A stretch of 57,599 bases of DNA, the filler included, from Platydemus manokwari (Eukaryota): the NCBI GenBank assembly GCA_037951405.1. It is 5 parts of 5 records of this genome, joined end to end, with 100 filler letters (N's around TTAATTAATTAA, not from the genome) between each part and the next. Parts side by side here need not be neighbours in the genome. Positions count along the whole stretch, not along the records: positions 23,646 to 37,327 come from JBBMOY011645847.1; positions 37,428 to 48,579 come from JBBMOY010871088.1; 3 more parts are not named here. One strand, given 5' to 3'. The translations under genes and the position numbers were made by a program. Each line of letters begins with the position of its first letter. Within the stretch, counting starts at the first letter, position 1. Below, one piece after another: positions 26,684 to 38,999 of this stretch. Below the pieces are notes generated by a model. That model saw only the letters and a program-made list of their open reading frames with translations. It searched no databases and was not told the DNA's origin.

Positions 26684-28982
26684 CTTACTTATAAAAAAAT
26701 GATTTAAAAATTTTCCAAATTTCAATTCATTCTAAATCCATACAAAAAATCAGCTGCAATTCTACGAGTTCATTCTTGCTTTTTTTAATGTAAATTCAAG
26801 ATTCGTATATATTAAAGAGGAATTCATTTGTTTTTAAATGGCAAATTTTATTCAAAATGTTTCATTAAAATTACTCAATTATTTTTCACAATTGTATCTC
26901 AAAATCCGATTGACTGAATGATAATTAACTTTTCATGTTAACAAAAGTTCAATTAAACAATTGAGTGAAACAAACGTGGTCAACTCAACCAATGATTAAA
27001 TTCCGACTTTCAAAATATTTTTTCAAATAAAATACAATGGAATGTCGGTTAATTATAAAATATATTGAAACTTTCATCTACCGATTTATATTTTGATAAA
27101 TTAATTTCAAATGTCAACACTTAACGATTGAATGACAATTTATACCACCTTTATACCTAATCATAGGTTAATTTAACACTATATAATAAAATATTCGAAA
27201 AGCTCGGATCAATCATTTAAAATTTTCCTTGACATGATAACCTGGGGGCAGGCATCGCGTGACTAACTTTTATTAGACAATTAAGAATTCATAATTTTAT
27301 TTCTACCAAAATCGGAACAACTGATAATGAAAATTTATTTAAAAAATCGACTCCGTTGATTAAAGAATAGAAATCACATTTTAGCAAACAAAATCATAGC
27401 GGGAAGATATTTTATTTTTGATTCTACCATTAATTGTGAATATTTGACATATAATTTCACACTCTCAATCACTCATTGATCAACATTCGTGATGATTAAA
27501 AGAAATTTTTCTCCTCCATCTACTTGCACACTTTCTTTTACCTCATATAATTTCCTTAAGCATGCCTACGAAAATAAAACTGATTGGATACCGGTTCAAA
27601 GATAGAATTTCTTCCTAAAAGAAATCAATATCGTTCAATGAGTTCATGTAAAAAGAAATAATAAATGTCCGAAACGATTCTATTTTATTGGCATCATTCT
27701 TAGACCGTTTGGCATACAAGATAATGTACTCCAATAGTAAATGTTCGATAAGTAGTTTTTTAATACTATTATTTTTTACAGAGAATACCACAATGAAATT
27801 CTAAAACAAGAAAGATTATAATAATCAAGCGATTTTTATTGATGTGAGCTTTGATATTCCTGTTATCAAAATCGAACAGTACAATCGGCCACATTATTAG
27901 TATTGAAAATCAATAGTTGTTTTAGAAATCAAAGTAACCGATTTTTACCGATAACACAAAAATTTAATGGTGTCAGATAAATATTAGACAACTTTGGACT
28001 TAATAATTTCATTATTACACGAATAAAGAACCTATTTAATCAGAAAGCTTTAAAGGAAAATATCGAAGAATTTATTATTATATAAAAAAATATGTTTTGA
28101 ATGATGAATCAAACAAACAACTTTAATAATAATATACGAATATTATGTAGTCATTACTATACAAAAATCCTGGAAATGATTCATTCATGTCATGGAAATA
28201 TTTAAGTATTGATACGAATATAAGATGTACAATATCTATGTAAAGATCTTTCAGATTGCATTCTCACTCGATATACACATGTAATACTGATTCTTAAATG
28301 GGATTCAGTTTCCAACCAATTATTCTCAAATTTAAATTTCGAAAATCATTTTCATTTTCAGTGCACTCAAAAAATTTCGTTGAAATGATTTAAAATATTG
28401 AATACAGCTTAGTTAAACAAAAACTCATTTTACATAACGCTCGTGTTGTATTCTTAGATTATTTTTAGATAAGCAAATGACACCAAATTCATGTCAACAC
28501 GAGATTCACTAATTCGATTTTTCCAATTCGAACCAACACATTCAGGTACGATTTATTTTCGTGGCAATATTGTGCCATCGACAAATGCTGTATTTTATAG
28601 CTGGTCAATGGCAGTCCGATTTGTTGATTCGATAACGAAAATTTTATTCATTGCATAAACATCGATTTAAACATTCGACATGTACAGTACAAATAATTAT
28701 CATATTTAAATTTACGAAATTCATCACACGGATTTTTCACAGAATGAATCGGAAAAAATCTATTATTACCATAACAACCAATATTATAATGAATTATGAA
28801 AAAATCATTAATACATTTTCGTTCTCATACATAGTCACATTTCAAATACATTATACAAGCCACAAGATAATTATATTAACCATAAGAATATTATGATGAC
28901 AATAAATCAAGAAACTCGGAACAAATTCTTAATAAGATTGTTGTAATTAAATATCATTGTCAAAATTCTAAGCTTTTCGAAA

Positions 28983-29371
28983 TTATTCTCGCTCAATCGC
29001 CATACTAGAGCCGCCCATCGCTAAAACCTCTTGATGCATTTGGGCAGTGATACAAAAGTGACAAAAAACCGAACAACAAAAATCTCCGATAGTAGACCCT
29101 TGAATGTTCCGACTACTACGAACTTTGGTTCGAACACAGCACGCCACACAGAACGGGAAAAACAAATAGACACAACCCCAAAGGAAACAATTTTCACCAA
29201 CAGCCTCAGCATCTTTACCAATTAAATAACACGGTACTAACCATGCCAATAGACATGTTCCTAAAAAATAATTTACGGCAATTAAATCATAATAAGTATA
29301 TATATATATATTATCAATTACTAACCGCAATCATCGAAACATCCACAAAGACCATGTTCCCAATCAGACAT
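28983..29371 (-). CDS. plac8: PLAC8/cornifelin-family Cys-rich protein A (107 aa, 2 exons)
   Basis: Exons 29371-29326 and 29260-28983 (65-nt GT-AG intron): MSDWEHGLCGCFDDCGTCLLAWLVPCYLIGKDAEAVGENC...RTKVRSSRNIQGSTIGDFCCSVFCHFCITAQMHQEVLAMGGSSMAIERE*. Contains the PLAC8 motifs WxxGLCGCFDD and R..VR....I.GS...D......C..C...Q. Confidence 0.93.
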
Positions 29372-29420
29372 TGTTGAAGTATAGAACTTTCGAATAATAT
29401 TTTACTAATCTGTACACTGT

Positions 29421-29431
29421 GCTTATATAAG
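29421..29431 (-). promoter_or_regulatory. Candidate TATA box for PLAC8 gene A
   Basis: TATATAAG on the minus strand ~50 nt upstream of the ATG at 29371. Weak in an AT-rich background. Confidence 0.3.
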
Positions 29432-30039
29432 TTTAATGCAAGTTAACAGAATAAACTTTGATCACGAGCACTGTGATTCATAGCTGTGTGAAATTGTAAT
29501 TTAGACTCTTAATATATTCTACTTGATCGTGTATAGCTTCAATGTGTACAGCTTTACTAAATTAGTTACTTAAATTATATATAAATTATATAAATTTCAC
29601 ATTATCCTTATTAAAAGCATGATGGACGATACTTTTGAAATGTTGAGTGAAATTATGAATTATAAAATAAAATAATATTATATTTAAGATAACTTATCGA
29701 CGAAAAATGATATAGTGATATTTATAATAAATGTGAAACAATCTTGATGAAACCATTGGCAAAGTAACATCAGTCCAAAAATTAATTACATGTTTCGAAT
29801 CCAAACGACTCCATACATGATGCTTTCATGTATCTAACAAAATAATTTATTATAATTATATTAACGCTCTTGTATTCGCAAACATAAATCGAAAGATGTG
29901 CATATAATTTTTTCTTTAACTACAAATCTGTTATTGAATTTCATTGGACGAAAGAGGTACAGAGATAATTTATGCATGTAAATTTGTTTATATTTGAAGA
30001 ACTTCCTAATATTTCATAATAAAATAATTTCTTTTCAAA

Positions 30040-30418
30040 ATGGCGGAATGGCAACACAACCTATGTGGCTGTTTTGATGATTGCGGTAGATTTTATTAGA
30101 AATTGGAATATTTTCGTGATTTTCCACTATATTTCTTTAGGAACTTGCCTTTTGGCCACATTAGTGCCATGTTACTTAGTCGGCAAAGATGCAGAAGCCG
30201 TTGGTGATAGCTGCTGTTTATGTTGTTTAGGTTACTTAATTTGCTTCTCGTGCTTTGGAGCTATTGTTCGCCAAAAAGTCAGACAAAAGAGAAATATTCC
30301 AGGAAATTTCTGTTACGATTTCTTACTGTCTTGTTTTTGTTCATGTTGTACTGTCGCGCAGGAACATCAAGAGGTCTTAGCCATGGGTACAGCATCGATG
30401 AGTATTGAAAGGGAATAA
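30040..30418 (+). CDS. plac8: PLAC8/cornifelin-family Cys-rich protein B (107 aa, 2 exons)
   Basis: Exons 30040-30085 and 30141-30418 (55-nt intron): MAEWQHNLCGCFDDCGTCLLATLVPCYLVGKDAEAVGDSCCLCC...CFCSCCTVAQEHQEVLAMGTASMSIERE*. Confidence 0.93.
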
Positions 30419-31455
30419 ATGAATATCGAATCAAATAATACATTTATATATTTATTTGATCTCTTGATGGGGGGTGTGCTTTACTATTAATATCCTTATA
30501 TTTAAAATTAACGTGATTCTGGATTTGGATTGCTTTGGCTAGATTTTATTTGTTTATTCCAGGGTTTTTGTTTCATGGATCGATATCTCTGGTAATGTCA
30601 ATAACAAATTGTTTATTTATGATCAACTGAATTTTTAGGCCTCTTCAACCTTTATATTTATGTAATTGTTAAGAAATAAAGTTATCCTATTATGTTTTAA
30701 GAGTTTTTTGACAAAATATTTATGTTGTTATCATTTGCAATGTTGGGATTTCATGATTCTTGAAATTGTCTCATTGCAGCTTTACATAATAATAATAAAA
30801 TAATGTTTATAAAATTATAACGTAATTTTTATAGTATATAAAATAATAATGTTGAAGGTGGTATGCTAGTACAGAATTTTAATGAGTATACAATAGTCGG
30901 CCGTATTTTATGGGTGAAGTTATTTGAATTTTGGATGATAATATTGAACTCCTTAATTAGATAGACTATCTGAAAACATAAAGTATAATGACGATCTAAT
31001 TAATGTATCAATGTGGTAATTGTAGTGGTTGCGAAGGGATTAATTAAAATGAATTCACACCACTGAGAAGACTTGTATGTTGTGATTATAAATGGTAAAA
31101 ACTGAGAATAACAAATACTGAAATATGATAATAATATAGACAGTGGCAAAAAATAAAAATTAACATTTCGGATAAAGAATAATGACAATAATTGCAATAA
31201 CATTGTAATTATACATTAGAGAATTGAAATGGTTGACTGAATTTAGAGATAACTTATCAAATGACTTTAATTGTCTTTTATTTATGCATACCTCAATATG
31301 TATAAAATTTCGTTTAAATAAATCACAAAACCAGTGCTTATGAAATCATTAAACAAATAAAACATATTCTGTGATCAATCAATATATTGCTGCTAGAAAT
31401 TTGTATAACTGGTCTTTCTATTCTCATCAAATAATTCAGATTTAATAGAATATCA

Positions 31456-31838
31456 ATGGGTGAATGGAAGCACGGTCTTTGTGGATGTCTTGACGATTGC
31501 GGTAGGATTTTTTGTTTTTAAAAATAATTCTTTAAAATTAGAATTTTTTCAATTGTATTAATTTAGGAACGTGTATATTAGCATTCTTTGTTCCATGTTA
31601 TTTGGTGGGTTCTGATGCAAGAGCGGTTGGATGTAATTGCTGTTTGTTTTGTATTTTATTTTTCCTTATTCCTCCGTGTGCGATATCGTGTATCAGAACT
31701 AAAGTACGAACTATAGGTCACATTGATGGAATTTGTTGCTGTGATTTGCTGGCATCTTTGGTCTGCCCTTTTTGTGTTATCGCGCAAATGCACCAGGAAG
31801 TACTGTACATGAAATCAAATGGAATGATTAGGGAATAA
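31456..31838 (+). CDS. plac8: PLAC8/cornifelin-family Cys-rich protein C (105 aa, 2 exons)
   Basis: Exons 31456-31501 and 31567-31838 (65-nt intron): MGEWKHGLCGCLDDCGTCILAFFVPCYLVGSDARAVGCNCCLFC...LVCPFCVIAQMHQEVLYMKSNGMIRE*. Confidence 0.92.
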
Positions 31839-32235
31839 TTTAATTGTTATCACGAGAAAAGTTATGCAGAAATATCAATTTTTATCATAAGATTTTGATT
31901 GATTTCTTTTTATTTCTGTTAAATAATCTTGCTTTGTTATATCCCTGGTATATCGTTAATAATAATATTTGTTTTCTACTTGATTTGAAATTTTTGTAAT
32001 TAGTGATTTAGGGGAATTTTTTGAATGACATCGCAATAACCTCTCAATCATGTTCTCGGGGATATTTTCTCTAGAATTTGAACAGAATCAAAATATAAAA
32101 GCCATTGATTAACGTAATATATTTTTAATGGAATATATTTCACTTTTGTCCTTCAGATTATTTTAATTAACCTTTTAGAATATAGATTTTGTTCTGTAAG
32201 TGTTATATCAACCATTTATTTCACTGGATTCATAA

Positions 32236-33331
32236 GAAATTCTTTGAAATATCTTAGAAAAAATTAATGAATTGACAACGTTGTTGTTTCAATTATTATT
32301 ACAAGATATCTGATAGAATGGATAGTATTGCATATAGTATATGCTTAAAATAGAATTATAGAAACGTTGTTAGCACCATTGGTCGATTCTGTATGTCTTG
32401 TTTTAGATAATGCAGTACACCAGTATCTGTTGTCTTTAAGAAATAAGAAGTATTGTAATTTTTCCTATGTTTTATAGAAAGAAATTAGAGATCGAATTGA
32501 TAAATAATTATGGCCTTTCGAAATGCTGCTGAAGGGATGGCGATGAGCAGGTGTGCGGAGATTTACACGCGCGTGTCAATATTTTTCCTGATTTGATTTC
32601 CAGGCATGATTTAGTAGCAAAAATATCATCGGCTATGACCTTATCAGATAATTAAATAAATGATTTGTTTTGTGTTGAAAGTTTTATTGTTAATAATAAT
32701 TAAGTAAGAGACAGTAAACTAAAGATGATTCATTCTCAATCGACCAATAGTTCGGCTTATATTGTTATGTACAAGTTTTCATTTTGGAGAAAACCACTCA
32801 ACCAAAGCTTCAACCGAATTATGTTTAATCGAAAATCCGTAGCCATTCGATTATAGATGCTTGCTTGATTATTGATGATATTATTTCCAAGATTAATTAT
32901 GAAAATAGGCAAAAATTTTCAGATAAAAACATAAAAATGATGTATTGAGCTTTAAATCAGAGTCAAGACATTATAATTTAATAAAAGTAAAATTTATGTT
33001 ACATAGGAACCGTTTCAATCTTATTACAATTTTTTGTGACTTTACCAATCACATTCCTTAAATTAAAAGTCACGATTATTTATCAATTCGATCTCTAATT
33101 TCTTTTTCTAAAACATAGGAAAATTACAATACTTCTTATTTCTTTGCATTATCCAAAACAAGACACACAGAAACGACTAACAGTGCTAACAACGTTTCTA
33201 TAATTCTATTTTTAGCATATTGTGTTATACTATATCCAATACTATCCATTCTATATTATATCTTGTAACAATAATTGAAACAACAACGTTGTCAATTCAT
33301 TGATCTTTTCCAAGATATTTCAAATAATTTC
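32236..33331. mobile_element. ~1.1-kb non-autonomous foldback element with ~260-bp terminal inverted repeats
   Basis: 32236-32508 is the reverse complement of ~33075-33331 (e.g. gaattgacaacgttgttgtttcaatt / aattgaaacaacaacgttgtcaattc) with small indels; no internal ORF. Confidence 0.8.
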
Positions 33332-34819
33332 CCAGTTAAATGATCTCAATTTGTGAAAATCTTTAAAATTTAAATGAGAATTGAATAGATATGCAAATAT
33401 TATTGTTATTGAATTAAATATAAATCTATTAGTTTCATTCATAAAAATTTGGTGAGTAACATCAATTCATCATACGTCATTGGCATCATTTAAGTATTTA
33501 TAATTCTAACATTAAATTGTCTGTTTGTTAAAACAATAAATTGATTTTCTTAATTTGAATTTAAATTTAAAAATTAAATTAATTAACCCCTTCTGGGAGA
33601 CCTTTATTTATAATAATAGACACATTTCCAATTGTTGATGTCGTCTGAATTGCCATGACGATGGCATAAAATTTTCCATCACTTTATTCTGAAATGGTTG
33701 CTTCGTATGGCTTGTTTTCATTTTTATCAAATCATATTAGCATGCTTTATCTGGAAATGTTTCCAATCAATTTTAAATAAAAAAACAAAACTCAAACAAA
33801 CAATAAATTGTATTTCATCACAATTATAATTATGAAATTAGAATATTTCATCATGATATTATGTGACATATTATCGAATATCGATAGCAAATATTAATCA
33901 TTGTATTAATGAACGTCCTCAAAATAACAAATATTGACTAATGATAAAAAATAAATAAACTCAAATAAATATATTCACGTCAATGAAAATATAAACCAAT
34001 ATCACATCAAGTTCATTCTGCATTTACTCATCAATTAATAATCAAACTTGTAATGAAATTTAACAATGACAAAAAATTATTTAATGAATATCAAATTCAT
34101 AATTTACTTTTCCGGTAATTTATTTCACTGTGATGTCATTATGAGGTTTATTTTTTTGTATTTTTTCCTTTCAAATTCTCAACTATATAAATACATAAAT
34201 AGTATTTCATTGGAATATTTTTTCGATATATTATTTTCCATGTACCGATGTACATGTTTGACATTCAACTTTCAAGATGATAGGATTTAATAATTAAGTA
34301 TGTCGACATTTACATTAATAACTAATCAGAACCACTATTTATTGATTAATTTAGTTGTCCACCATTTATATTCTAATGGTTTTAGATTGAATTACTCAGT
34401 CATCACTCCAAATACTGGTCATTCTATTGGATTTCATTCTAATTAGTTGCATACTAATACAATCACAAAATCAATAAACAAGTGTTTGAATGATATATTA
34501 AATCGAATAAAATCTTATCAATAAATATTGACATTTCCAGCAAGTAATTTCGAAATATCTCTGGAGAATTAATTAATAATTAATTTTCCTATAAAATTCC
34601 TATTAAATTTGTAATAAAACCTAACGACAACACAACCAATTAATCAATATGTATTCAACAATTTCTATTAATTTCATATGTGAAAAATCGGTTAAGTATG
34701 CCATGATAAAAATGTGATAAAGTGCAGTGATGTTGGTATATGATGATGTATATGTTTCGCATGTCATTGATTAGAGATAATTCTTCGCAATTATAATCAA
34801 TACATACACGAAAATCTTT

Positions 34820-34873
34820 TTTATTATATTATTATTATTTATTTATTATATTATTATTTATATTATTATAATA

Positions 34874-34905
<32 letters not shown>
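34820..34905. repeat. (ATT)n-rich microsatellite
   Basis: Visible directly. Confidence 0.8.
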
Positions 34906-34907
<2 letters not shown>

Positions 34908-37073
34908 AAATTTTTATTAAAGTGCTTTAAGCTAAAGTTTGAATATAGTGATGTAAGTAATGTGTAGATTATTTTAATTATAGAGAAAAATATTGGAAAA
35001 TGTCGTGATAAAATCCGATGCAAAATATCAAACATTGAAGTTGATTTTAATGTTTTATATTTTAAATTCAACCATCGGGAAACAATTAAAGAATTATTGA
35101 AATTGGTTTGCAGTTCTAATAATTGATATTCCAAATTATCTTTTTCCATCACTGACTCTGTTTGAATTATTAATATTCAATTTCAATTTCGAAAATAAAA
35201 TTCTGATCAAAGGAAATTGAAGAATATATTTGATAGAAACAAATTAAAATCGCGGAATTAAAATTTTGTTTGATTTATATCTAAAGATGATTGGACGATG
35301 TTACAAGCCAGTCATCTGGTACACAAGAAAATCAATTGTAAAGCGAAACATGTGGTTTGAAGAGTATTATAGTTTCAAATATCAGATTATTTACATGTGA
35401 TATCAATTTTTTAACTGCACAGTAAAACTTGAAAACAATTTTGGTATTATTAATTAAAACAATCTAATGGTTTACTTATGGAATTAAATTAAATTTAATA
35501 ATATCTTTATATTTAATGAAATATCTTTAATTAATGAATTGAGATTTAAAAATACGTGAAATTAGGAATAATAAAAGAAAAATATGAGGCTTTGAATGCT
35601 TTGATTATTGTAATATTAATCATCCGAATATCTACCCGTATTTAATTTATATGAAATCGGTTTAAGGAATTTGTAAATATTTCCTATTGGTAGATTATAA
35701 TTTGTATCAAACCACTATTTGAACCGTAAATTATAATTTATCGTGATCACACACAAGTAAACAATATCAGAATTACGACGATCAAATAAGTCTCAAATAA
35801 ATATCAAATCATAAGTGGCATCAGCACCAAAAAGTATGGAAGCCCACAGATGTTTACCCACCATGAAATGCAGGTAAATTTTCTGTAGAGCTCACTCGTT
35901 ACACTGATTAATTTTTGAATATTGCTTAATGTCTTGTTCTTTGGTTTTTATTTGTTTAAGATTTCTAAGTTCTGCCTAATGGTTTTGAATGAAGGTTTTT
36001 TTGTTCTACACTTCTAAAGATCCTTTTAACAGCTCATCATTTTCTGACGGTATGTATCGATTGTAAACTAAAATCCAATCAGAGGGTGTTAGTTCATAGG
36101 CCTCTGATTGGGTATTTGGATAGTGTGTATTGCATGTTGGTATGTATTTCAGGGTTTATTGACAAAATTTTGAGTTGTTTTTAAGACACTCGACACAATT
36201 ATCGTGCAACTGTTTACAATTATCTAATTTCCACTTAAAGAGGATATCATCATGAAAAATATTCTATTAAATAAATGTTTTGGGGTTAAAAATTGTATAT
36301 TTTATTAAATTGAAATATATTTCAATTATCTTAGGTTTTAAATCATCACACACTTTTTTAATTATAATTAAAGTTTTCCAAAATTTTTCGATATCACCAC
36401 ATTTTATAATAATAAGACTTTTGATGACCAAATCATTTTTAAACCAAAAATAAATACATTTCACACTAATCACTGGCTTCAACATGTAGTTCGTATTTGC
36501 AGCGAAAGTTATAATAAAATTTCCAGGTGCTGCTTGTGCTCAACATTGATTTGTTTTGAAGGCTGGGATGGATCAACTCCCATATAAATGTCGTGGTATA
36601 ACCACGTATTTTACAAAATCGAAATCTTCGTAATATGCTGCTTCTGATTAGTTGGTTTTCGTGGCTGTATGAACTTGTTAGCTAATATGTATTCAAAATA
36701 TCAAAACAAGGTTTAAAATATGCCTATCATTGTTCCATACTCGATAATATATGGGAAGATCAAGTATTTTATTATTCATTTTCAATGAATTAATATTTCG
36801 ATATTAGTGATAAGTTTTATAAAGTTTTAAATAATTTATGAAACTCTTCATTTGGATTATTGGATAAATTTATCCAATACTTTCAGTGATAGACAATTGA
36901 TTTTAATGCAGTAGTTTATTGCTTGAAATTAGTAGTCCAGTTTATAAATATCGGTAAATTCTTGTCGATTAATTGAACATAAATAAAATATTTAATTTTT
37001 TAATTAATATTTATAATGTCTACATAAACTTATCAAAGTTTTGTCGTAGTACCTGGATCTCAAACCGTCGGCT

Positions 37074-37327
37074 CTTTGAAATTTTTGTCTGACCAATAAG
37101 TAGTCAATAGAATTTATTTTAAGTGCTATCTAAGACCATTTCATTTATATTTATTGATTGGATTTTTTACCATTTCGTTGCATTTTCTGCATATTAGGAC
37201 GAAAAATAACTTTCTCAAATAATTTTTTTGTTAGTTAAATTTAAGAAATTACATTACTTTGAAATTTTTGTCTGACCAATAAGTAGTCAATAGAATTTAT
37301 TTTAAGTGCTATCTAAGACCATTTCAT
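37074..37327 (+). repeat. Exact 71-bp direct repeat at 183-bp spacing, running into a gap
   Basis: ctttgaaatttttgtctgaccaataag...taagaccatttcat at 37074-37144 and 37257-37327. Confidence 0.9.
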
Positions 37328-37427
37328 NNNNNNNNNNNNNNNNNNNNNNNNNNNNNNNNNNNNNNNNNNNNTTAATTAATTAANNNNNNNNNNNNNNNNN
37401 NNNNNNNNNNNNNNNNNNNNNNNNNNN
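37328..37427. other. Assembly gap with TTAATTAATTAA linker
   Basis: 44 N + linker + 44 N. Confidence 0.97.
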
Positions 37428-38248
37428 TTTCAATAAATATTTATAAATCAAAATATTTGAATATAAATGAGGAGATTATATATAATCAAATTATTAAAAT
37501 TAAAATTTTTCATAATTTTTGATAATTCAATAAGAATTTATAACAATTCAATAAAATCACAAAATATTTTTATGGAAAATTTTTGAACTGTATTGATTTA
37601 TCAGAATTTTTTATTTAAGTTTTTTATTAAATTATTATCTAATTTTTTCACTTAAATTTTCATTCACAACCAGTATTACAAAAATTATTTAAATGTCTGA
37701 TATCAATTGTAATGGATAATGTGCTTTGGAATAAAAACATCATTTTATCTGCTTGTCATTGACTCGAAATCTCAATGAAATAGTTTGTTATTTTGAATAC
37801 ACCAATAAGTTAATTATTGAACAAAGAGATTGGTGATCTTATCGAGTAGAAAGACCAATAAAATAATTGTATCTGTGGCATACTTGTTTGCGTAACGCTA
37901 AAATTTATAATGGTGGACCATGTGAATACACTGATGTTAAATCAAAGATTAAGTCAAATAAAATTTTAAAATCTAATTCAATTCAATCAAAACCAATTTT
38001 TCAAATGATTTGATCTGATAACAATATCTGCCACGGTTAATTACTTTTAATTTATCACACAAACACTTCATGTAACTTACTTTCTTATTGCAACAATGGG
38101 CTATAATGTCTTTTTTATTTACACGAGGATCAAAATTATGCAAAAGATTTCAGATACGTTATTAATTTTCTAAATGCGATGAAGAAATCTTCAGATTATG
38201 TATTAATAATAATGTTTCAAGGATTTTGGAATCAATTGATATACAAAT

Positions 38249-38560
38249 TACCGTAAATTACGAGTACTAGGACCCTATATTTGATAAAAACCACCCCTTA
38301 TTTTTAGAGCAAATATTTTATAAAAATCTAAATCACTTTATTCGTCTTAGAAACCATGAAATTCTTCTTCATTGTCAAACATATTTTCTATTTCAACGTG
38401 TTGCTTAACCAGTATTGTGGCTAACTCTTCAATTTCCTCATAATCTGTGTCTGAGGCATCTAAGACATTACTAATACCCGTTTTCTTAAATTATTTGATG
38501 ACAACATCTTTTTTGATGACATTCCATGAAGATTTTACCCATAGGTAGACTTGTGATATA
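38249..38560 (-). mobile_element. 3' end of a pogo/Tigger (Tc1-mariner superfamily) transposon: transposase tail and TIR
   Basis: Minus strand reads LWVKSSWNVIKKDVVIK*FKKTGISNVLDASD...DNEEEFHGF* (stop 38349-38347), matching the pogo WVxxAWxxIxxxxIxKSFKKCGISN tail and acidic FxGF end. TA|CCGTAAATTACGAGTA TIR-like end at 38249. Confidence 0.75.
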
Positions 38561-38999
38561 TTATTAATATTATTAATAATAATATCGTTGTTTCATCATA
38601 AAAATTATAATATTTTATAAGATTGGAAATTTTTTTTTGGGAAAATCAATATTAAACATAAAACAAACCAATGCAATGTATTAAAATTTGGAAAAACAAA
38701 TAAAGTAAGGAAAAATATAGGGTTTATTTTTTAAATTTATGAATTTTTGATTTGAAAGTAAGTAATTTTCATTGTTTAAATATTAATCAGAAATTTTATT
38801 GTAGAAATAATTTTATATTATTTAATATATTAATGAAAAGTAGGATTTCAGAGAATCGACGAAATTCCAACGCTACAGGATTAAATAAAATATTGATTAA
38901 TATCACAAGAGGTTGTTTCGGAATATAAAAATTATTGTTCCGAGATAGTGCATGCCAATCAGTATGATATAACACCCAATTCATAAATATGAAATCAAG

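Noticed and set aside
29761-29830. Hammerhead-like words (CGAAAC/CTGATG); similar CTGATGAG at ~10857-10864 and ~54568-54575
   Set aside because: The core (CUGANGA plus GAAA with three stems) could not be completed.
29021-30408. Track ORFs 29021..29221, 29031..29225 and 30220..30408
   Set aside because: Alternative-frame or antisense shadows of the PLAC8 exons.
35800-36700. Possible LINE 3' relic on the minus strand (VIPRHLYG)
   Set aside because: Only one weak motif; cannot be supported without an alignment.
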